Counted from the stretch's first letter, positions 40,995-51,009 are shown. The stretch is 64,000 nt of DNA from Comamonadaceae bacterium (GCA_947375135.1 CANCER010000015.1:7142-71141), one strand, 5' to 3'. The notes: a model not told the origin generated them from the sequence alone. Translations and numbers: made by a program.

Positions 40995-41321
40995 TCAGTG
41001 TGTGTGGTGCGAGGCGTGCGTGCCCATGCGCCCGACCTGGGCCCAGGCGCTGGAGTGCACCAGGCGCACCTGGCGGATGCGCGCACGCACCCCGAGAAAG
41101 GCCGCCACGGCGGCAGAGATGGCGATCATGTCTTCTTCGGTCACCGGGGCCGGTGCGGCGGCAGCCTTGGCCGCGCTTTGCTCCAGCGCGTTGACGTGCA
41201 ACTTGAGGGCGTTGAGCTCTTCGCGCACCGCGTCCAGCACATTCACGCGCAGGGTGAGGGCGGCAATTTCTGCGCGCATCTGCTCCATCAGGGCCAGGGT
41301 GTCGTTGTGGTGTTCTGTCAT
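40995..41321 (-). CDS. Small accessory protein of the carboxyltransferase operon
   Basis: Coiled coil, AISAAVAAFLG..IR..SAWAQVGR (epsilon/OadG-like tail), no TM segment. Confidence 0.8.
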   Translation of the reverse strand: MTEHHNDTLALMEQMRAEIAALTLRVNVLDAVREELNALKLHVNALEQSAAKAAAAPAPVTEEDMIAISAAVAAFLGVRARIRQVRLVHSSAWAQVGRMGTHASHHTH

Positions 41322-41330
41322 GGCAGCGTC

Positions 41331-42878
41331 CTACAGCGGCATCAGGCCGTGCTTTTTGTGCGGACGCGGCACGCGCTTGATGCGCAGGTATTCCAGCGCC
41401 TGCGCAATGTGACGGCGCGTGTGCTTGGGCTCGATCACGGTGTCGACCAGGCGCAGCTCGGCGGCCACATAGGGGTTGGAGAAGGTGTCGCGGTATTCCT
41501 GGATCAGCTCGGCGCGGCGTACGGCCGGGTCGGCGGCCTCGTTGATTTCCTTGCGGAACACGATCTCGGCGGCGCCCTCGGCACCCATCACCGCGATCTC
41601 GGCGGTGGGCCAGGCGAACACGCGGTCGGCATCCAGGTCCTTGCCGCACATGGCCAGGTAGGCTCCGCCATAGCTCTTGCGCAGGATCACGGTGATCTTG
41701 GGCACGGTGGCCGACGCATAGGCAAACAGCAGCTTGGCGCCGTGGCGGATGATGCCGCCGTATTCCTGCTCGACGCCGGGCATGAAACCCGGCACATCGA
41801 CAAAGGTCACCAGCGGGATGTTGAAGGCGTTACAGAAGCGGATAAAGCGCGCGGCCTTGTTGGAGGCATTGATGTCCAGCGCACCGGCCATCACCGAGGG
41901 TTGGTTGGCGATGATGCCGACCGAGCCGCCGCAGACGCGGGCAAAGCCCACCACGATGTTCATGGCGTAGCCGGACTGCACCTCCAGAAAATCGCCGCCG
42001 TCCACCACCTGCGCGATCACGCTGCGCACGTCATAGCCCTGCTTGCTCTCTTCGGGGATGATGGCCTCCAGCGCCGGATTCGGCTCCACCGACAGATCGC
42101 CCTCCACCTGAGGCGGGTCTTCCATGTTGTTGGAGGGCAGAAAGCTCAGGAGCTTGTGGCAGAGCTGGATGGCGTGGTGGTCGTCTTCGGCAATGAAGTG
42201 GATCACGCCGGAATGCACCATGTGCGCGTCCGCCCCACCGAGTTGCTCTGCTGTCACGTCCTCACCGGTGACCTGCTTGATGACCTGCGGGCCGGTGATG
42301 AACATCTGCGCCTGGCGCGTCTGGATGATGAAGTCGGTCAGCGCCGGGCTGTAGGCGGCACCACCGGCGCAGGGGCCGCAGATCAGCGAGATTTGCGGCA
42401 CCGCGCCCGACAGCAGCACATTGGCGTGGAACACCTTGCCGTAACCCGAGAGCGAGCCAATGCCCTCCTGCACGCGGGCACCGCCCGAGTCGTTGATGAA
42501 CACAAAGGGAGAACCCGCGCGCAGCGAGGCCTTCATGATGTCGGCCACCTTGATGGAGTGCACCTCACCGGCCGAGCCACCGGCCACGGTGAAGTCCTGG
42601 CTGGCCAGATGCACCAGGCGCCCGCCCACCGACGCCGCACCGGTAACCACGCCGTCTGCTGCCAGCTTGTTGCCCTGCATGCCGAACAGGGTGGAGCTGT
42701 GGGTGGCAAATTGGCCCACCTCGGCAAAGCTGCCGTCGTCCACCAACTCGGCCACGCGTTCGCGTGCGGTCATACGGCCGGCCTTGTGTTGTTTGGCCTG
42801 CTTGTCGGCACCACCGCCGAGTTCGTTCTCGGCCTGGCGGCGGCGCAGTTCTTCGATCTTGTCTTGCATGACGGTCAT
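41331..42878 (-). CDS. Acyl-CoA carboxyltransferase (transcarboxylase 12S-like)
   Basis: DFTVAGGS, DSGGARVQEG, GPCAGGAAYSPAL, VDVPGFMPG, KKHGLMPL. Confidence 0.93.
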   Translation of the reverse strand: MTVMQDKIEELRRRQAENELGGGADKQAKQHKAGRMTARERVAELVDDGSFAEVGQFATHSSTLFGMQGNKLAADGVVTGAASVGGRLVHLASQDFTVAGGSAGEVHSIKVADIMKASLRAGSPFVFINDSGGARVQEGIGSLSGYGKVFHANVLLSGAVPQISLICGPCAGGAAYSPALTDFIIQTRQAQMFITGPQVIKQVTGEDVTAEQLGGADAHMVHSGVIHFIAEDDHHAIQLCHKLLSFLPSNNMEDPPQVEGDLSVEPNPALEAIIPEESKQGYDVRSVIAQVVDGGDFLEVQSGYAMNIVVGFARVCGGSVGIIANQPSVMAGALDINASNKAARFIRFCNAFNIPLVTFVDVPGFMPGVEQEYGGIIRHGAKLLFAYASATVPKITVILRKSYGGAYLAMCGKDLDADRVFAWPTAEIAVMGAEGAAEIVFRKEINEAADPAVRRAELIQEYRDTFSNPYVAAELRLVDTVIEPKHTRRHIAQALEYLRIKRVPRPHKKHGLMPL

Positions 42879-42890
42879 GGGGATTCCTGC

Positions 42891-44399
42891 TTATTCTGTA
42901 ACGGGGGTGACGGACACGCGGTGCGAGCGGCCGTTGAGCTTGACGTCGTAGGTCACCGGGGTCTTGAGGGCCTTGTCGGCGGCAGCGGCCGGTTTGCCAT
43001 CGGCGGCGGGCTTGGCAGCCTCGGGGTCGGTCCCCAGATTCAGCGGACCCTGGTCACGCTTGGCAAAAAAGGCGGCTGACACCTGCGGGAACATGGCATA
43101 GGTCAGCACATCTTCCTCGCTGCCGTTAAAGCCGGGCAGGGCCGCTGCTGCGGCCTGCAGGGTTTCCCATTCGGGCTTGAGCAGATCGGCCGGGCGCTCG
43201 GTGATGGCGGGCTTTTTTGCCTGGGCCTCGGCCATTGCCAGCACCTCGGGGTCACGCTCGCCCGGGGTCTTGCCGTAGTAGCCCAGCATCAGGTCGGAGA
43301 ACTCGCTGGACAGCACCTTGTAGCGGCCCATCAGCACATTGAACACGGCCTGGGTGCCCACGATCTGGCTTGAGGGTGTGACCAGCGGCGGGAAGCCCGC
43401 GTCCTCGCGCACACGCGGCACTTCAATAAACACCTCTTCGAGGCGGTCGCCGGCGCCCTGCTGCTTGAGCTGGCTTTCCATGTTGGAAATCATGCCGCCG
43501 GGAATCTGGCTGTCGAAGATGTCGGTCTCCACGCCGATGATGTTGGACATAAAGGCCTGGTAGCGCGGACGCAGCAGGGCAAAGTGTTCCTTGGTGCGGT
43601 GCAGGCAGGCCTTATCGAGGTCGGCATGGAAGCCGGTGCCGTCCAGCATGGCGACCAGGCTCTCGGTCGGGTTGTGGCCAGGGCCGAGGCTGAGCGAGCT
43701 GATGGCGGTGTCCACGCAGTCGGCGCCGGCCTCGATTGCCTTCATCAGTGACACCAGCGTCACTCCGGTGGTGGCGTGGGTGTGCACATGGATGCGCACC
43801 TGCTCGCCGCAGCGCGTCTTGATGCCCTTGACGATGTCATAGGCGGCCTGCGGCTTGAGCAGCGCGGCCATGTCCTTCAGGCAGATGGAATCGCAACCCA
43901 GCTCCAGCAGACGCTCAGCCATTTCGACAAAGGTCTCGGTGGTATGCAGCGGGCTGACCGTGTAGCAGATGGTGCCCTGGGCATGCTTGCCGTTGCGGCG
44001 CACCGCTTTCACCGACTGCTTGATGTTGCGGATGTCGTTGAGGGCGTCAAAGATGCGGAACACATCCATGCCGTTCTCAGCAGCCTTGTCGACAAAGCGG
44101 TCCACCACGCTGTCTTCGTAATGGCGGTAGCCCAGGAGGTTTTGCGCGCGCAGCAGCATTTGCAGGCGCGAATTGGGCAGCAGGGTGCGGAACTGGCGCA
44201 GGCGCTCCCAGGGGTCTTCGTTCAAAAAGCGGATGCAAGCGTCAAAGGTGGCGCCGCCCCAGCATTCCACCGACCAGTAGCCGGCCTTGTCGATGTCGGC
44301 ACAGGCCGGCACCATGTCTTCCATAGCCATGCGCGTGGCCAGCAGGCTTTGGTGCGCGTCGCGCAGGCACAGTTCGGTGATGTCGATGGTTTTGGTCAT
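42891..44399 (-). CDS. Methylmalonyl-CoA carboxytransferase 5S subunit-like (pyruvate/oxaloacetate carboxyltransferase, no biotin domain)
   Basis: LRDAHQSLLATRMAMEDMV..CADID.AGYWSVECWGGAT, LKDMAALLKPQ, LGPGHNPTE: close to Propionibacterium 5S as I recall it. Confidence 0.9.
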   Translation of the reverse strand: MTKTIDITELCLRDAHQSLLATRMAMEDMVPACADIDKAGYWSVECWGGATFDACIRFLNEDPWERLRQFRTLLPNSRLQMLLRAQNLLGYRHYEDSVVDRFVDKAAENGMDVFRIFDALNDIRNIKQSVKAVRRNGKHAQGTICYTVSPLHTTETFVEMAERLLELGCDSICLKDMAALLKPQAAYDIVKGIKTRCGEQVRIHVHTHATTGVTLVSLMKAIEAGADCVDTAISSLSLGPGHNPTESLVAMLDGTGFHADLDKACLHRTKEHFALLRPRYQAFMSNIIGVETDIFDSQIPGGMISNMESQLKQQGAGDRLEEVFIEVPRVREDAGFPPLVTPSSQIVGTQAVFNVLMGRYKVLSSEFSDLMLGYYGKTPGERDPEVLAMAEAQAKKPAITERPADLLKPEWETLQAAAAALPGFNGSEEDVLTYAMFPQVSAAFFAKRDQGPLNLGTDPEAAKPAADGKPAAAADKALKTPVTYDVKLNGRSHRVSVTPVTE

Positions 44400-44539
44400 G
44401 GGTCACTCTTTTTTGAAGCACGCGGGTGGCGTGGGTTTGCTGGCCCCATGCGAGACCGGGCGCTTGTGCCCGAAACCTAGGGTTTACCCTTTCATGGTAC
44501 TTCCACGCCCCATGTTGCGGTCAAGAATCAGGGCAGCAC

Positions 44540-44553
44540 TTGAGTTGCGTCAA
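44540..44553. promoter_or_regulatory. FNR-like box upstream of the transcarboxylase operon
   Basis: TTGAG-TTGC-GTCAA (8/10 match to consensus). Confidence 0.45.
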
Positions 44554-44564
44554 TTACCACGAAG

Positions 44565-46526
44565 TTACATGGCCGGGTATGGCCGGGCAGCCGGCGTGTC
44601 CAACGCCATCGCCGCCAGCGCCTCGGCACCCAGGTTCATGGTGCCCATACTGACACCGGAGACCGGGTGCTCCGGCAGCGTCAGGACCACGGTGGTGCCC
44701 TGCCCCACCTCCGACAGCACCTGCACCGTGGCACCGATGCGGGCGGCGCGCTCCTGCATGATCTTCAGGCCCACATGGATGCCTTGGTTGGGCGACTGGA
44801 CGCCGGCAAAGCCATGGCCGTCGTCGCGCACCACAAAGCGCCAGCCCGCGCCCTTGGTCACCTGCAGAAACACCTGGCTGGCACGCGCATGCTTGCGCGT
44901 GTTGGACAGGGCTTCCTGCACCACGTGCAGCACCTGCACCTGCACATCGGCCGGCAGGGGCAGGCCCTCGCCACTGACCTGGAAGTGGGTGGGCAGGCCG
45001 CTCTGGTGCTTGAACTTCTGCAGCGTCTCCTGCAGCGCGGTTTCAATGTCCACCGTGTTGGTGCGGGTGCGGAAGTGCAGCAGCAGTTCGCGTACGTCGT
45101 TGATGCTTTCGCGCAGGCCCGCATCCAGCTCGTCCAAGGCGGTCTGAACTTTGTCGGCCTGGGCTTTTTGCGAGGCATTGCGCAGCAACTGCACCTGAAT
45201 CTTGAGAAAGGCCAGGCTCTGCGCAATCGAGTCATGCAGCTCACGCGCCAGCAGGGCGCGCTCTTCGCCCACGGCGGCCTCACGCTCCAGAGCGGCCGCG
45301 CGCAAGCTCTCCAGGCCACTGGCCAGGTGGCTGGCCAAGGCGTCCAGCAGATCGCCCTCCTCGGCCGTGAGCTGCACGGTGCTGCGGAAAAACAAATCGA
45401 TCTCGCCCAGCAGGCGCTGCTGCAACCGTACCGGCACGCTCACCAGGCTCTCGTACCCGGCGCGGGCGCAGTTGCGCATGGGCGAGGAATCCACGCTGAG
45501 AATGGGAATAACGCGGGTGCGCGCATCCGCTTTCAGGCTGCCGCAGGCGCAGGCCCCGGCCAGCAGGCTGCGTTCGTCCTCCACCATGTCCTGCGGCAGG
45601 CAGTCGGAGGCCAGCATCAGGTAGCGCTGGTTGGCGTCATCCGACCAGCGCACCGCCACGGCGTCGGCTTTCATCACCTGGCGCACGCGCTGGGCAAAGC
45701 CGCGTGACAATTCTTCGATGCTGTTGGCTGCTGCCGAGAAGGCGCTGATTTCGTACAGCGTCTCCAGCCGCGCCCGCTGTGCCTCGATGTGCTGCGTCTT
45801 GAGCTGCACCTGCGCCTCCAGCCCGGCGTACAGGGTTTGCAGCTCGGCCGCCATGCCGTTAAAGCCCTGCGCCACGCGGCCGAATTCGTCCTGGGTCTCC
45901 ACCTCCACCCGCGTGGAAAAATTGCCCGACTCAATGCTGCGCAAACCCTGCTGCAGATGGGCCAGCGGGTTGATCACATACAGGTAGCCGGTGTAGAGCA
46001 TGATGACGGCGCCGGCAATGGCCAGCGCCATCATCACCAACTGAAACAGGTTCAGGATAGCCGTCAGGCGCGAGAGCTGCTGCTCGATGGACAGCACCAA
46101 GCCGTCCACCGCCTGCACCGTCTGCGCCGTGACCGCCAGCGAGGCATCCACATCGGGCGGCGTGCGGCCCAGCCAGAGGTTTCTGTGCGTGGCCCACATG
46201 TCCTGCACCTCGGCAAAGCGCTGGTTCACCTTGTCGTCCAGTGGCATGAACAGGGGGCGGCTGGCGTCCCCGCTCTTGAGCAGCGCCAGACTCTGGTCAA
46301 ACTGCGCCACCAGACCGGCCACCGCCTGCGGCGAGCGGCTGGACTGCGCCGTGCTGGCCAGGCGCCAGGCCTGCATGCGCATGCGCCCGGCCTCGTTCAC
46401 GGCAGCTGCCCCGCCTTCGAGCTGCCAGGTCACCCACAGCGTCAGACCGATCGAAGTCAACGCGACGATGAGCAGCACCGCGCCAATGGACACCAGCTTG
46501 GTGGAGAGGGAATACTTTCCGGGCAT
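44565..46526 (-). CDS. narX: Nitrate/nitrite sensor histidine kinase
   Basis: P-box AAAVNEAGRMRMQAWRL, HAMP, GAF, ARELHDSIAQSL (HisKA_3). Confidence 0.93.
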   Translation of the reverse strand: MPGKYSLSTKLVSIGAVLLIVALTSIGLTLWVTWQLEGGAAAVNEAGRMRMQAWRLASTAQSSRSPQAVAGLVAQFDQSLALLKSGDASRPLFMPLDDKVNQRFAEVQDMWATHRNLWLGRTPPDVDASLAVTAQTVQAVDGLVLSIEQQLSRLTAILNLFQLVMMALAIAGAVIMLYTGYLYVINPLAHLQQGLRSIESGNFSTRVEVETQDEFGRVAQGFNGMAAELQTLYAGLEAQVQLKTQHIEAQRARLETLYEISAFSAAANSIEELSRGFAQRVRQVMKADAVAVRWSDDANQRYLMLASDCLPQDMVEDERSLLAGACACGSLKADARTRVIPILSVDSSPMRNCARAGYESLVSVPVRLQQRLLGEIDLFFRSTVQLTAEEGDLLDALASHLASGLESLRAAALEREAAVGEERALLARELHDSIAQSLAFLKIQVQLLRNASQKAQADKVQTALDELDAGLRESINDVRELLLHFRTRTNTVDIETALQETLQKFKHQSGLPTHFQVSGEGLPLPADVQVQVLHVVQEALSNTRKHARASQVFLQVTKGAGWRFVVRDDGHGFAGVQSPNQGIHVGLKIMQERAARIGATVQVLSEVGQGTTVVLTLPEHPVSGVSMGTMNLGAEALAAMALDTPAARPYPAM

Positions 46527-46588
46527 GGCACGAGGTTAACCGCTGCGGCTTTGATGACCCGCGAAATCATCCCACAGCAGCGATGGCG

Positions 46589-47920
46589 CTAAAGAATCAG
46601 CAGGGCCCGGAAATCGTTGACGTTGGTGTGCGTGGGGCCGGTTACAAACAAGCTGTCCAATGCCTCGAAAAAACCATAGGCATCGTTACGGTCCATGTAC
46701 GCGCTGAGCTTCATGCTTTTTTCCGATGCCCGTGCCAGTGTGTCGGGCATGACAAAGGCACCGGCGTTGTCCTCAACCCCGTCAATGCCATCGGTGTCTG
46801 CCGCCAGCGCATAGATGCCCGCCTGGCCTTGCAGCGCCTGGGCCAAGCCCATGCAGAATTCGCCGGCACGGCCGCCCCGGCCCTTGGGCGCGCCGGGTAT
46901 GCGCGGGCGGATGGTGACGGTGGTTTCGCCGCCGCTCAAAATCACGCAGGGCCTCTGGAACGGCTGGCCTTTGAGTGCCACGGCGCGGGCCAGTGCGGCA
47001 TGCACCTTGCCGACTTCGCGCGATTCACCCTCGATCTCGTCGCTCAGGATGTAGGCGGACAGCCCGGCGGCCCGCGCTGCTTCAGCGGCTGCGTCCAGCG
47101 ACTGCTGCGGCGTGGCAATCAAATGCACTGCACTGTTCGCAAACACCGCATCACCCGGCTTGCGGGTTTCCAGCGCGCCACTGTGCAATTGCGCAGCCGC
47201 CGCCGCGGGAATATCGATGTGGTAGCGCGCCAGAATGGCCAGGGCATCGGCACAGGTGCTGGCATCCGGCACGGTGGGCCCACTGGCAATCACGCTGGCC
47301 TCGTCACCCGGCACATCGCTGATCAGGAGCGTGAGCACGCGCGCCGGGGCGCAGGCTGCCGCCAGACGCCCGCCCTTGATACGCGACAGGTGCTTGCGCA
47401 CGCAGTTCATCTCCACAATGCTGGCACCACAGTCCAGCAGCGCCTGGTTCACGCGCTGCTTGTCTTCCAGGGTCATGCCCTCGGCCGGCAGTGTCAGCAA
47501 CGAAGAGCCGCCGCCCGAGATCAGGCACAGCACCAGGTCGTCTTCGGTCAGTCCCTGCGGAAACGCCATGATGCGCTCGGCCGCTACCAGCCCTGCGGCA
47601 TCCGGCACGGGGTGGGAGGACTCCAGAATTTCGATGCGCTGCGCCAAGCCTTCCGGGCGTGGTGGCGTGTGGCCATAGCGCGTCACGACCAGCCCGGTCA
47701 GGGGTGCGTCCTGCGGCCACAGGGCTTCCAGCGCATGGGCCATGGCGCCCGCTGCTTTGCCGGCGCCCACCACGACCGTGCGGCCTTTGGGCGGCGGTGG
47801 CAGGAAGGCGCCCAGGGTGTGCAGCGGCATGGCGCGGCGCACGGCGGCGGCGTACAGCTGCTGGAGGAGTTCCAGCGGGTTCGATGCCGGGTGTGAAGGG
47901 TGTGACGGTGGGCTTTGCAT
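46589..47920 (-). CDS. Glycerate 2-kinase (TtuD/MOFRL family)
   Basis: GAGKAA, HPVPD, ISGGGSSLL, SGGETTV, TDGIDG, TNVND. Confidence 0.93.
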   Translation of the reverse strand: MQSPPSHPSHPASNPLELLQQLYAAAVRRAMPLHTLGAFLPPPPKGRTVVVGAGKAAGAMAHALEALWPQDAPLTGLVVTRYGHTPPRPEGLAQRIEILESSHPVPDAAGLVAAERIMAFPQGLTEDDLVLCLISGGGSSLLTLPAEGMTLEDKQRVNQALLDCGASIVEMNCVRKHLSRIKGGRLAAACAPARVLTLLISDVPGDEASVIASGPTVPDASTCADALAILARYHIDIPAAAAAQLHSGALETRKPGDAVFANSAVHLIATPQQSLDAAAEAARAAGLSAYILSDEIEGESREVGKVHAALARAVALKGQPFQRPCVILSGGETTVTIRPRIPGAPKGRGGRAGEFCMGLAQALQGQAGIYALAADTDGIDGVEDNAGAFVMPDTLARASEKSMKLSAYMDRNDAYGFFEALDSLFVTGPTHTNVNDFRALLIL

Positions 47921-47980
47921 GCTGGCTCTCCAGATTTTCGGCAATCGAAATGTGACCGGTCAAAATCAGTCATCATACAA

Positions 47981-48757
47981 CTACACGAATTCTATTTGCG
48001 ATTTTTTGAGGCGGTCCTTGCTGTTGGACAGGTGGGTGCGCATGGCGGCGCGGGCGGCATCGGTGTCCTGGTTATGGATGGCACTGAAGATGCTCTCATG
48101 CTCACCATGGACCCGTCGCAAGTAGGCCAGTCGCCCCTCGGGTGCGCTGTTGGGCGTGTTGACGCGGGCGCGCGGAATGATCATGGTGCCCAGGTAGTTC
48201 ATCAGGTCGGAAAAGTGGCGATTGCCGGTGGCGCGCGCCACTTCCAGATGGAACTGGAAGTCGGAAGGAAGGGCATCCGAATCGTCTTCTATGGCGGCGG
48301 TAAAGGCGTCCAGCATGTCCTGCATGGCCTGCAGATTCTGGGCGGTGCGGCGCTGTGCGGCCAGACCGGCCGCCTCAGTCTCCAGACTGATACGCAACTC
48401 TAGCAAGGCAATCACATCGGACACGGTGGCGAAATCCACGTCAGCAATCCGGAAGTTGCCATTGTCCTGCGCAGGTGCCAGGGCGAAGGTGCCCACGCCG
48501 TGGCGCGTCTCCACCAGGCGGTTGGCCTGAAGCCGGGAAATCGCCTCGCGCACCACGGTGCGGCTGACGTCAAAGCGGGCCACGATTTCGGACTCGGTGG
48601 GCAGTTTTTCGCCGGGTTTGATAACACCCTCCCGGATGCTCGTTGCCAGACTCTCCATGACTTCATTGACCAGGCCGCGCACACGGCGCGGACGCGCCAG
48701 CGATGCATCGGCCAACGTTTTGTCCGGCAGCGATCCAGGGGGTTGAACCAGGTTCAT
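47981..48757 (-). CDS. FadR/GntR family transcriptional regulator
   Basis: PGEKLPTE, VSRTVVREA, FCD domain. Confidence 0.93.
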   Translation of the reverse strand: MNLVQPPGSLPDKTLADASLARPRRVRGLVNEVMESLATSIREGVIKPGEKLPTESEIVARFDVSRTVVREAISRLQANRLVETRHGVGTFALAPAQDNGNFRIADVDFATVSDVIALLELRISLETEAAGLAAQRRTAQNLQAMQDMLDAFTAAIEDDSDALPSDFQFHLEVARATGNRHFSDLMNYLGTMIIPRARVNTPNSAPEGRLAYLRRVHGEHESIFSAIHNQDTDAARAAMRTHLSNSKDRLKKSQIEFV

Positions 48758-48838
48758 AGAAAAATTCTTGACGCGAACGATGTGGATACAGGCAATTTAG
48801 CACATACGACATCAGACAACCTACAAGGTTTACGCAAA

Positions 48839-48922
48839 ATGACAATCAAAGTACACCCTGCACTGTTTTTGACCGGCGCAGCGGGCGGACTCGGAACCGC
48901 GTTGCGCGAGCGCCTCAAAGCC
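48839..48922 (+). pseudogene. N-terminal fragment of an NAD-dependent epimerase/dehydrogenase (uronate dehydrogenase-like)
   Basis: MTIKVHPALFLTGAAGGLGTALRERLKA, then sequence switches to an iorB fragment on the other strand. Confidence 0.6.
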
Positions 48923-49276
48923 GCCGATAAACCGGAACCCGTACCTATTGGCGTTGGCGCCGCCGTGGGCCGCATCGACGGGCGCATGTTCGACCTTGAT
49001 CTTGCTCCAGTCCACCAGAAGCTGGTCGGCCACCAGGGCGGCCAGGCCCGTCATCGTTCCCTGGCCCATTTCGGTGATCGGCACCAGCAGGGTGACCGTC
49101 TCATCGGCGCCGATGGTGATCCAGGCGGTGAGATTCGACGACATGGTGGCCGCTTGCGCCAGACCGGGCCGGCCCGGCCCCGGCAGCGCGAAGCCGACCA
49201 TCAGGCCGCCGCCCACTGCGGCACGAACCAGTAAATCGCGCCGGGTGAGACCGGCAGCGGACGCGCCATTCTTCAT
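48920..49276 (-). pseudogene. IorB-like molybdopterin subunit, N-terminal fragment only
   Basis: Tat motif LTRRDLL, EMGQGTMTGL..DWSKIKVE; truncated at ~115 aa. Confidence 0.8.
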
Positions 49277-49312
49277 CAGAGGGGGATGTTCTTCAACATA
49301 GTGGCTCTCACT

Positions 49313-49614
49313 TCACAGTCCTTGAATGGCCGCTTTGATGCGCGGGTAGGTGCCGCACATGCAGATGTGGTTCAGGTCGGAAGCAATCTCGTTGCCATGG
49401 TGGCCTGCCTTAACCGACCCGGTGCACGCCATCATCATCCCGGGCTGGCAGTAGCCACACTGCGGCACTTGGTTGTCCGTCCAGGCCTTTTGCACTTTCT
49501 TCCCCACCGCATCGGCCGACAAGCCCTCCACCGTCACCACCTGCTTGCCGACTGCAGAGGATGCGTGGACGTTCGGTTAACTCCGTTGACGTTAAGCGTG
49601 AGTGTGCTCGCCAT
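49313..49614 (-). pseudogene. IorA-like 2Fe-2S subunit with internal deletion/frameshift
   Basis: MASTLTLNVNG start, first Cys cluster missing, then [11 protein letters not shown]...ICMCG in another frame. Confidence 0.75.
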
Positions 49615-49820
49615 GCTGCTTTCTCCTATTGGGTTTCATATATTTGAATGAAATGAGCCGCGGCTTCATTCCACCTGACACCTGGACGCAAACGAAAAAA
49701 TTACGCCCTGGTGCGCGGCAGATTGTGCTGGAACACATTAATCTGAACACGGTTATTTTCGCGTTGTTACAAAGATGGTTTTGGATTGGCACCGTACCCC
49801 GGGGCGACGAATCCGATCGC

Positions 49821-49913
49821 TCACGCAGTTGAGAAAGGGCTTGCCCCCTCGGCTTCCAGCAAGTCGGCAATCTCCAGAAAGACGGCAACCCCGTCGGCGT
49901 TGGCCGTGGGCCT
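49821..49913 (-). pseudogene. Remnant of the N-terminus of PolX (DNA polymerase X/PHP)
   Basis: PTANADGVAVFLEIADLLEAEGASPF resembles the PolX start (N..IA.VF.EIADLLE..GANPF); no start codon (AGG in its place), early stop. Confidence 0.55.
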
Positions 49914-50198
49914 GCGCTGCTGCCTGGCGCTACTCGCTGATCAGGGCGTATGCGTCCACCGGTGGCATGGGGCCGCTTTGCTCCGGCGTGCTGCAGTCCT
50001 GCTCCATGGCCAGGTAGTGCATATAGCTCAGATGGTGAAAGCCGCTAAAGGGGCCGAGCGGCAGGAACAGCGGTGGCGCCTGCAGCGCAGAATCCAACGG
50101 CGTGTGTGCCCGCAGGCCGTGCACCGTCTGCCCGCCAGCCCCGCTGTGCTTGGCCCGTGCGGCAGACGCAGCCGAAGGTGTGCGCTGCATGGCCTGCC

Positions 50199-50855
50199 TT
50201 AGCCTGCGGAAGGCTTGGGCTGCCCTATGGTCTGGGTCAGCAAAATTTGCTGATCCGGTCCGAGCAGCATGGCCTGCGCCAAGGCCTGGCGGTCGAACCA
50301 GGCGCGCACCACGTTGGCCAGACCCGCAGAGGCGCAGTAGAGCGCAACGTTCTGCGCCATGGCGCCGGCACTCACCACGCAATAGAGCACCCGCTTGGAC
50401 GCAGGCACCAGGCTCATGCGGGTGTGGTCCGCCACAAAAACCAGATCCAGCGGAGCGTTGTCCACAAAGTCCTGGTAGCCGGTAACACGGCGCACGTCCT
50501 GGGCCACCACCTGCTCCAGCAGATTGCGCCGGGGCAGGTAGCGGTACAAGCCCTGCGGCAAGGCCAGGTACAAATCCACCTCCTGCGCGTTCAGGGCCGA
50601 CGGTACGGTGCGCCCGTCCAAGTCCACGCGGTTGACGCCGCAAGCCGCCCATGCCAAGTCGGACAGGGTTTGCAGGCTCAGCGGCTCGGGCAGGAATTCG
50701 CGCTGCGACTGCCGGCGCTGCAGTGCCTCCATCAACTCCAGCCCACCCGAGGTCTGCGGCGGCGGCAGAACCAGGTTGGTGAGCGCATTGCCCTCTGGAG
50801 CCTTTAACTGCAGGCGCCCCATCATTCCCAGTGCCAGTTTGGTGAGTGTGTTCAT
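50199..50855 (-). CDS. SagB-like nitroreductase family protein
   Basis: LMEALQRRQSQREF, LSDLAWAACGVNR, RTVPSALN. Confidence 0.88.
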   Translation of the reverse strand: MNTLTKLALGMMGRLQLKAPEGNALTNLVLPPPQTSGGLELMEALQRRQSQREFLPEPLSLQTLSDLAWAACGVNRVDLDGRTVPSALNAQEVDLYLALPQGLYRYLPRRNLLEQVVAQDVRRVTGYQDFVDNAPLDLVFVADHTRMSLVPASKRVLYCVVSAGAMAQNVALYCASAGLANVVRAWFDRQALAQAMLLGPDQQILLTQTIGQPKPSAG

Positions 50856-51009
50856 GCCGCCAATGTAGTGAATGGCGGCAAAACGCATTTGCGAATTCGC
50901 AAGCCCTGCAACGCTGGGCGGGTCTGTTTCACCGGGCGCAGTGGCCGACCCCACCGTGGAGCAGCGCGCTTGGGGGGTGCTGCATCGGGCGCAGGCCCGC
51001 TCCTGTGTT

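Noticed and set aside
42891-44399. Na+-pumping oxaloacetate decarboxylase or pyruvate carboxylase
   Set aside because: No fused biotin domain, no membrane beta subunit and no biotin carboxylase in the operon
44475-44505. NarL 7-2-7 site upstream of the transcarboxylase
   Set aside because: Heptamers are imperfect and spaced by 1 bp; too weak to call
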